Positions 59,247 to 64,000 of a stretch of DNA of 64,000 bases are shown here, one piece after another; position 1 is the first letter of the stretch, and every line of letters begins with the position of its first letter. The notes under the pieces are model-generated. The model saw only the letters and a program-made list of their open reading frames with translations, had not been told where the DNA came from and did not search any database. This DNA is from Mycobacteriales bacterium (GTDB lineage: Bacteria; Actinomycetota; Actinomycetes; Mycobacteriales; QHCE01): NCBI GenBank assembly GCA_038260095.1, contig JBBSOC010000005.1, positions 812-64,811 of the forward strand, read 5' to 3'. A program made the translations under genes and the position numbers.

Positions 59247-59618
59247 ATGAAGGGCAACAACAACCAAGCGATCGGGGCCGTCGGCGAGGCCGCGGCGGTG
59301 CGTTACCTGGTGCGCGCTGGACACGTCGTGTTGGACCGAAACTGGCGCTGCTGGCAGCATGAGCTGCGAGGCGAGCTCGATATTGTGGCTCGCGATGGTG
59401 CCACCATCGTATTTTGTGAAGTCAAAACCCGTCGCGGCACACGCTTTGGGCATCCAGTTGAAGCCGTGGTGCCAGCCAAGGCACGTCGCATCCATCAACT
59501 AGCGCTTGTGTGGTTAAGCCACAACCAGCTGCGTTCGCAAGGGATGCGGTTCGACGTGATCGGTGTCTGGCTCCGCTCCTCAGGTGTGCATCTTGATCAC
59601 ATTCGTTCGGCGTTTTGA
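59247..59618 (+). CDS. yraN: YraN family (UPF0102) endonuclease-like protein
   Basis: GEAAAVRYL...GELDIVARDG.TIVFCEVKTR motif. Conserved position upstream of the Mg-chelatase-like gene. Confidence 0.85.
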   Translation: MKGNNNQAIGAVGEAAAVRYLVRAGHVVLDRNWRCWQHELRGELDIVARDGATIVFCEVKTRRGTRFGHPVEAVVPAKARRIHQLALVWLSHNQLRSQGMRFDVIGVWLRSSGVHLDHIRSAF

Positions 59619-61153
59619 TGGGTTTCGCCGCTACTCGAGCAATGGCGTTGATCGGCGTGCAGGGGCATCCCGTGCAGGTCGAAGTCCACCTAGCGCAAGG
59701 GCTCCCTGCCGTGTTGGTTACCGGGCTGCCAGACGCGGCCGTCGCACAAGCCCGTGATCGAGTGCGTGCCGCCGTGCTCAACTCCGGTTATAGCTGGCCG
59801 CAAGGGCGAATCACGATTGGGCTGGGTCCAGCGTGGCTACCCAAACATGGCAGCAGCTATGACCTCGCCGTTGCTGTAGCTCTGCTTGCCGCCGACGGCA
59901 AACTCGCTCCGAAAGCGCTGGATGGTTGGGTGTTTGTTGGCGAGCTTGGTCTCGATGGTGGAGTTCGCCCAGTGCGCGGGGTGCTTCCCGCTGTGCTCGC
60001 CGCACGTCGCGCAGGTGCGGCGCATGTGGTTGTTCCGGTAGGCAATCGGGCTGAGGCGGAGCTTGTTCCTGACGTATCGGTGCAAACTGTGCGGCGTCTC
60101 GGCGAGCTCGTAGCACTGCTGCGTGGAGAACCAATTGCTGAGGAGCTACCTATCCAGACTCCAAGCGCAAGTGATTCTTTATCCGATGCAACCGGCGTGA
60201 TCGAGCCGGACATCGCGGACGTTGCGGGTCAAGAACTCGGCAGGTTTGGGATTGAAGTCGCTGCTGCTGGCGCCCACCATGTGGCGCTGTTCGGGCCACC
60301 GGGGGCCGGTAAAACGATGCTTGCGGAGCGGCTACCGGGGGTGCTACCTCCGCTAGATACCGAGGCCGCGTTGGAGGTGGCGGCGATACGTTCGGTGGCT
60401 GGCGAGCTCACAGTAGGGGAGAACAGCGATCAACCTCCCTACCAGGCTCCGCATCACACGTCGTCCGTCGCGGCGATTATTGGTGGTGGCTCCACGTTGG
60501 CGCGGCCAGGTGCGGTGAGCCTTGCGCATCGCGGAGTGTTGTTTCTTGACGAGGCTGGGGAATTTCGCCGCGGTGTACTCGATGCGCTGCGCCAGCCGTT
60601 GGAGCGGGGCGAAGTGGTGTTGGCGCGTTCCGGCGGTGTCACGATCTACCCGGCACGGATTCAGTTGGTACTGGCGAGCAACCCGTGCGCTTGTGCGGCT
60701 GGGAGAGAAATTAGCTGTGAATGTGGGCCTGCTGCACTTCGTAGGTTTCGAAGCCGGCTTTCGGGTCCGCTGCTGGATCGGGTTGATATTCAGCTTGAGC
60801 TAGGGCCGGTTACCCCCAGTGCGCTGCTAGCTGATCGGGAGTGGGTGGAAGCCAGTGCCGTAGTTGCCAAACGGGTAGCTGATGCGCGTACCGCCGCCGC
60901 GGCTCGGTGGGCTGGCTCCGGCTGGGAAACCAACAGCGCGATACCAGGCCAAACGTTGCGCGGAGTGCGGCGACTTTCGCGCGCGACTACCGCCGCGGCT
61001 GAACATGCCCTCGATCTTGGCGAGCTATCGGCGCGAGGATATGACCGAGTGCTGCGCTTGTCGTGGACGCTTGCCGATCTGCGAGGGGCAAACTCGCCAG
61101 CGGCCAGCGATGTAAATGAGGCGATGGCGCTGCGACTTCGGCGGCACGCATGA
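59618..61153 (+). CDS. comM: YifB/ComM-family Mg-chelatase-like AAA ATPase
   Basis: Lon-protease-like N-domain, Walker A GPPGAGKTMLA and Walker B GVLFLDEAGEF. ATG overlaps the yraN stop (TGATG). Confidence 0.9.
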   Translation: MGFAATRAMALIGVQGHPVQVEVHLAQGLPAVLVTGLPDAAVAQARDRVRAAVLNSGYSWPQGRITIGLGPAWLPKHGSSYDLAVAVALLAADGKLAPKALDGWVFVGELGLDGGVRPVRGVLPAVLAARRAGAAHVVVPVGNRAEAELVPDVSVQTVRRLGELVALLRGEPIAEELPIQTPSASDSLSDATGVIEPDIADVAGQELGRFGIEVAAAGAHHVALFGPPGAGKTMLAERLPGVLPPLDTEAALEVAAIRSVAGELTVGENSDQPPYQAPHHTSSVAAIIGGGSTLARPGAVSLAHRGVLFLDEAGEFRRGVLDALRQPLERGEVVLARSGGVTIYPARIQLVLASNPCACAAGREISCECGPAALRRFRSRLSGPLLDRVDIQLELGPVTPSALLADREWVEASAVVAKRVADARTAAAARWAGSGWETNSAIPGQTLRGVRRLSRATTAAAEHALDLGELSARGYDRVLRLSWTLADLRGANSPAASDVNEAMALRLRRHA

Positions 61154-62292
61154 GCCAGCGGGAGCGGTGCGCCGCGGCGGTGCTGTCGGAACTGATCGAG
61201 CCCGGGCAGCTGGAGCTGTATGCGTTAGTTGTCGAGCACGGCGCCGCTGCTGCGCTGGATCGGCTGCTTGCAGCTGGCGGCCCAGTGCAACTGTCGCGAA
61301 CAGTGAGCACGAAGCTGGGGCGACGTGATCCGTACGTGCGGGGAGCGGAGTTGATTACCCAGGCGCAGCGTTGCGGAGCTCGGCTACTCACGCCACAAGA
61401 TGCGCAGTGGCCGCAGCAGCTCACCGATTTGGCAGCCTTGAGCTGCGATGATTGCACCGCTGCGCCGCCCATCGCGTTGTGGCTGCGTGGAGAGCTGTCA
61501 CTGCGCGATGCGTGCCGACGTTCAGTCTCCATCGTTGGTGCGCGTGCCGCCACTAGCTACGGCACGCACGCAACTACCGAGCTTGCTGCTGGCTTGGCGC
61601 GCCGGGGCTGGACCGTTATCTCCGGTGCTGCTTATGGTGTAGATGGCGCCGCACACCGGGGTGCCCTCGCAGCCGAAGGTGCCACAGTGGCAGTGCTCGC
61701 CTGCGGGGTGGATCGCGCATATCCCGCAGGTCATGCCCGTTTATTGCAGCGGATATCTGAAACCGGCTTGGTGATCAGCGAGTGGCCCCCGGCAAGCCCG
61801 CCGCTTCGTCATAGGTTTTTGATTCGGAATCGGGTGATAGCGGCTTTGGGGCGCGGGGTGGTGGTTACCGAGGCTGCTCGGCGCAGTGGAAGTCGGGTCA
61901 CGGCGCGGCGGGCGCAAGAGCTGGGCCGCCCAGTAATGGCGTTGCCCGGCCCGGTTACATCGGCGATGTCGGTGGGGCCGCACGAGTTGATACGAGATTG
62001 GCAGGCAACTCTGGTCACCAGTGCCGCCGATGTCATCGCCGAAGTCGGCAGTCTGAGCGATGTATTTGCTGAGCAGGCCGAATTTGGCCATGCTGATGCA
62101 TGTAATGATCCCGAGTCGCAGCACGCCAGGCTACTTAAGGCGTTTCCGGCTCGGCAAGCTGCCAGCGTGGAGCAGCTGGCAGCGGCCTGTCAGATGACTC
62201 CCCGTCAGGTACGCGGCATTCTTCCCGACTTGATCATGCGGCGGCTCATCGTGGATCATCCGGCCGGCTTCGCACGTACTACACCTTCCTAA
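61150..62292 (+). CDS. dprA: DNA-processing protein DprA
   Basis: The Rossmann-like core SGAAYGVDGAAHRGAL...VISEWPP matches the DprA/Smf signature. ATGA overlap with comM. Confidence 0.9.
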   Translation: MSQRERCAAAVLSELIEPGQLELYALVVEHGAAAALDRLLAAGGPVQLSRTVSTKLGRRDPYVRGAELITQAQRCGARLLTPQDAQWPQQLTDLAALSCDDCTAAPPIALWLRGELSLRDACRRSVSIVGARAATSYGTHATTELAAGLARRGWTVISGAAYGVDGAAHRGALAAEGATVAVLACGVDRAYPAGHARLLQRISETGLVISEWPPASPPLRHRFLIRNRVIAALGRGVVVTEAARRSGSRVTARRAQELGRPVMALPGPVTSAMSVGPHELIRDWQATLVTSAADVIAEVGSLSDVFAEQAEFGHADACNDPESQHARLLKAFPARQAASVEQLAAACQMTPRQVRGILPDLIMRRLIVDHPAGFARTTPS

Positions 62293-62355
62293 AGCGGCCT
62301 GAACTTGCCGCAGCGGTACTATGCCGTGGCCATACCGACATGGTACCGTTATGGT

Positions 62356-62589
62356 ATGACGGTTCAGATAGCAGTGCGACTACCTGATGATCTGGTCACG
62401 TATGTAGATCGGCAGGTCCAAAGCGGGCTCGTGTCCTCCCGAGCGGCGGCTGTTGCACGTGCGCTTGAACTTCAACGGCGGCGAGAAATCGCCGAACGCG
62501 ACGCGGCAATTTATCTTGCGCACGGCGAGGTGGAAGAGTTTGAACCTATGGTCGCCCATTTGTCAGGATCGCATTTGGACCTTGACTGA
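62356..62589 (+). CDS. RHH antitoxin (MazE-like)
   Basis: MTVQIAVRLPDDLVTYVDRQV..SRAAAVARALE RHH pattern. Its stop overlaps the MazF ATG (TGATG). Confidence 0.65.
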   Translation: MTVQIAVRLPDDLVTYVDRQVQSGLVSSRAAAVARALELQRRREIAERDAAIYLAHGEVEEFEPMVAHLSGSHLDLD

Positions 62590-62888
62590 TGCGTCCTATC
62601 CACGTTGTGAAGCTCGACAAGCTACGGCCGGCGCTGGTCCTCACTCGAGAGATCGTTGTCCCGTATCGCAAGTGGGTTACGATCGCGCCTATCACCAGCA
62701 CTGTTCGCGGCCTTGCCACCGAAGTCACCCTCGGAGCGGCTAACGGTCTTGACCATGAATGTGTTCTCAGCTGCGACAACATTCATACGATCGAAGTCGA
62801 CAAAATTGGACGCCTGGTGGGGTACTTGCGGGCCGACCAAGAATCGGCACTGGCCGAGGCGATTAAAGCCGCCTTCAATCTGTATTAG
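62589..62888 (+). CDS. mazF: MazF/PemK-family mRNA interferase toxin
   Basis: 99 aa. KLRPALVLT...VTIAPITSTVRGLATEVTL matches the PemK fold. Confidence 0.85.
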   Translation: MRPIHVVKLDKLRPALVLTREIVVPYRKWVTIAPITSTVRGLATEVTLGAANGLDHECVLSCDNIHTIEVDKIGRLVGYLRADQESALAEAIKAAFNLY

Positions 62889-63018
62889 GGGTCAGCTGAA
62901 CTGCCTCGAACGTGGCGTTGCGGTTCCTTCCAGCACGAGCAACTGACCTTGCTGCATGGCTTAGTGACCACCAGTACGCTGCGCTGGATGATATCCTTGA
63001 TATCAATAGGGGGTAGCT

Positions 63019-63240
63019 ATGTCTGACCTGCTCATTCGTGATGTTCCAGCCAGTGTCGTGTCGGCGATCGATGCCCGCGCCGCACTGCTTGGGCTTTCGC
63101 GCAGCGAATACTTACGCCGACAGCTAGCCGAAAGCATATCGACTTCAGAACAGGCAGTGACTGTAAAAGATCTGTCGGAATTTGCCGAGACATTCTCGGA
63201 TCTAGAAGACCCATCCGTGATGTCATCGGCATGGCAGTGA
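63019..63240 (+). CDS. vapB: RHH (FitA/Arc-like) VapB antitoxin
   Basis: [38 protein letters not shown]. Overlaps the PIN gene by 10 nt. Confidence 0.75.
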   Translation: MSDLLIRDVPASVVSAIDARAALLGLSRSEYLRRQLAESISTSEQAVTVKDLSEFAETFSDLEDPSVMSSAWQ

Positions 63241-63641
63241 CTACTTGGCTGGCGGACAAGTCCGCGCTGGTTCGTTTGGCGGCAAGCGTCGATTCCGGCC
63301 AGTGGGCACGCCGGATCGAGCGAGGCCTGGTCCGAATTACGTCTATGACCCGACTGGAGATTGGTTATTCTGCACGGTCTGGTACCCAGTTGCGTGACAG
63401 CATGAGCAAGCCTCCGCTCTCGGCGATGTCCATGGAATACCTCACTCCGGCGATAGAAGACCGTGCTATGAAAGTTCAGATGTTGCTTGCCGAGCGTGGA
63501 TTGCACCGTGCGCCGTCGGTCCCTGATCTCATCATTGCCGCTACCGCTGAACTTGCGGGGCTAACAGTTCTTCATCTCGATAAGGACTTTGAACTGATAG
63601 CCCAGGCCACTGGTCAGCCAGTAGAGCGTGTGGCTCTGTAG
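63231..63641 (+). CDS. vapC: PIN-domain VapC toxin
   Basis: 136 aa with acidic PIN residues (LADKSAL.., ..[24 protein letters not shown]). Confidence 0.85.
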   Translation: MAVTTWLADKSALVRLAASVDSGQWARRIERGLVRITSMTRLEIGYSARSGTQLRDSMSKPPLSAMSMEYLTPAIEDRAMKVQMLLAERGLHRAPSVPDLIIAATAELAGLTVLHLDKDFELIAQATGQPVERVAL

Positions 63642-63718
63642 CTATGGAGTGAGTAACCCCTGTTCATCGAGGTACTCAGCTACACGAACATTGAAAAATT
63701 GAGTCGACCCGGCCCGTT

Positions 63719-63746
63719 TTGACTCCTTAATTCTCGGCGCTACAGT
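63719..63746 (+). promoter_or_regulatory. candidate sigma-70-type promoter
   Basis: TTGACT (63719-63724), a 16-nt spacer, then TACAGT (63741-63746), about 70 nt upstream of the ATG at 63818. Confidence 0.35.
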
Positions 63747-63817
63747 AAGTTCGTAGTGGGTTGGTCGGCTAAGACCAGCTAGACATGAGACTGTGACATC
63801 AAGACAGAGGTGAAGTA

Positions 63818-64000
63818 ATGCTGGTATTTAGTTCAGGGTTGCAACAGCTGTTGCCAACGGCAGCCACCTGTAAGAAAGCTCTTGCAACGGCCCTTGTAGG
63901 TGGAGCTATGGCTCTTGGACCTGCGGGTGTTGCCTTTGCGGGCTACCAGGGGCAACAGGTAAGACCCGTACCTACACCTGAGGGTAGGTTTGCTGAATTA
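63818..64000 (+). CDS. partial ORF, probable secreted protein (N-terminus only)
   Basis: ATG preceded by AGAGGTGAAG. Signal-like KKALATALVGGAMALGPAGVAFA. Open to the end of the window. Confidence 0.4.
   Translation, partial: MLVFSSGLQQLLPTAATCKKALATALVGGAMALGPAGVAFAGYQGQQVRPVPTPEGRFAEL

Overview
High-GC (about 60% by eye, not computed) Actinomycetota chromosomal segment, densely coding on both strands.

**Backbone.** The conserved actinobacterial housekeeping block runs ligA / yceD-rpmF-rnc-mutM / smc-ftsY / ffh / rpsP-KH-rimM-trmD-rplS-lepB-rnhB-DUF2469-yraN-comM-dprA. This is the same relative order as M. tuberculosis Rv2927c..Rv2896c. It is preceded by a large NAD-glutamate dehydrogenase and a RipC-like / PimB'-like glycosyltransferase / FadD15-like cluster (as Rv2190c-Rv2187).

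**Insertions between backbone blocks.**
- Nine toxin-antitoxin-type modules: RelE x2, VapBC x2, DinJ-YafQ, HepT-MntA, DUF433-DUF5615, MazEF, and one orphan RHH. Two of these are visibly decayed.
- Accessory genes: a secreted GH2 glycosidase, an RCK-pore-RCK channel, two APH-like kinases, a D-amino-acid-oxidase-like gene, a DUF4143 ATPase and an archaeal-type proS.

**Non-coding signals.**
- A three-copy, roughly 100-bp hairpin-forming intergenic repeat family with compensatory base changes.
- A perfect 16-bp x 8 tandem repeat just upstream of the DUF433/DUF5615 pair.
- A 66-bp composite palindrome upstream of proS.

**Gene decay.** There are apparent frameshifts in rnhB (C5 run) and in one vapC (5-bp duplication), plus a yafQ remnant.

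**Not found.** I recognised no rRNA, tRNA, CRISPR array or intact transposase/integrase. I could not demonstrate a complete novel multi-gene system. The best novelty candidates are the non-coding elements and the fadD15-coupled two-component system.
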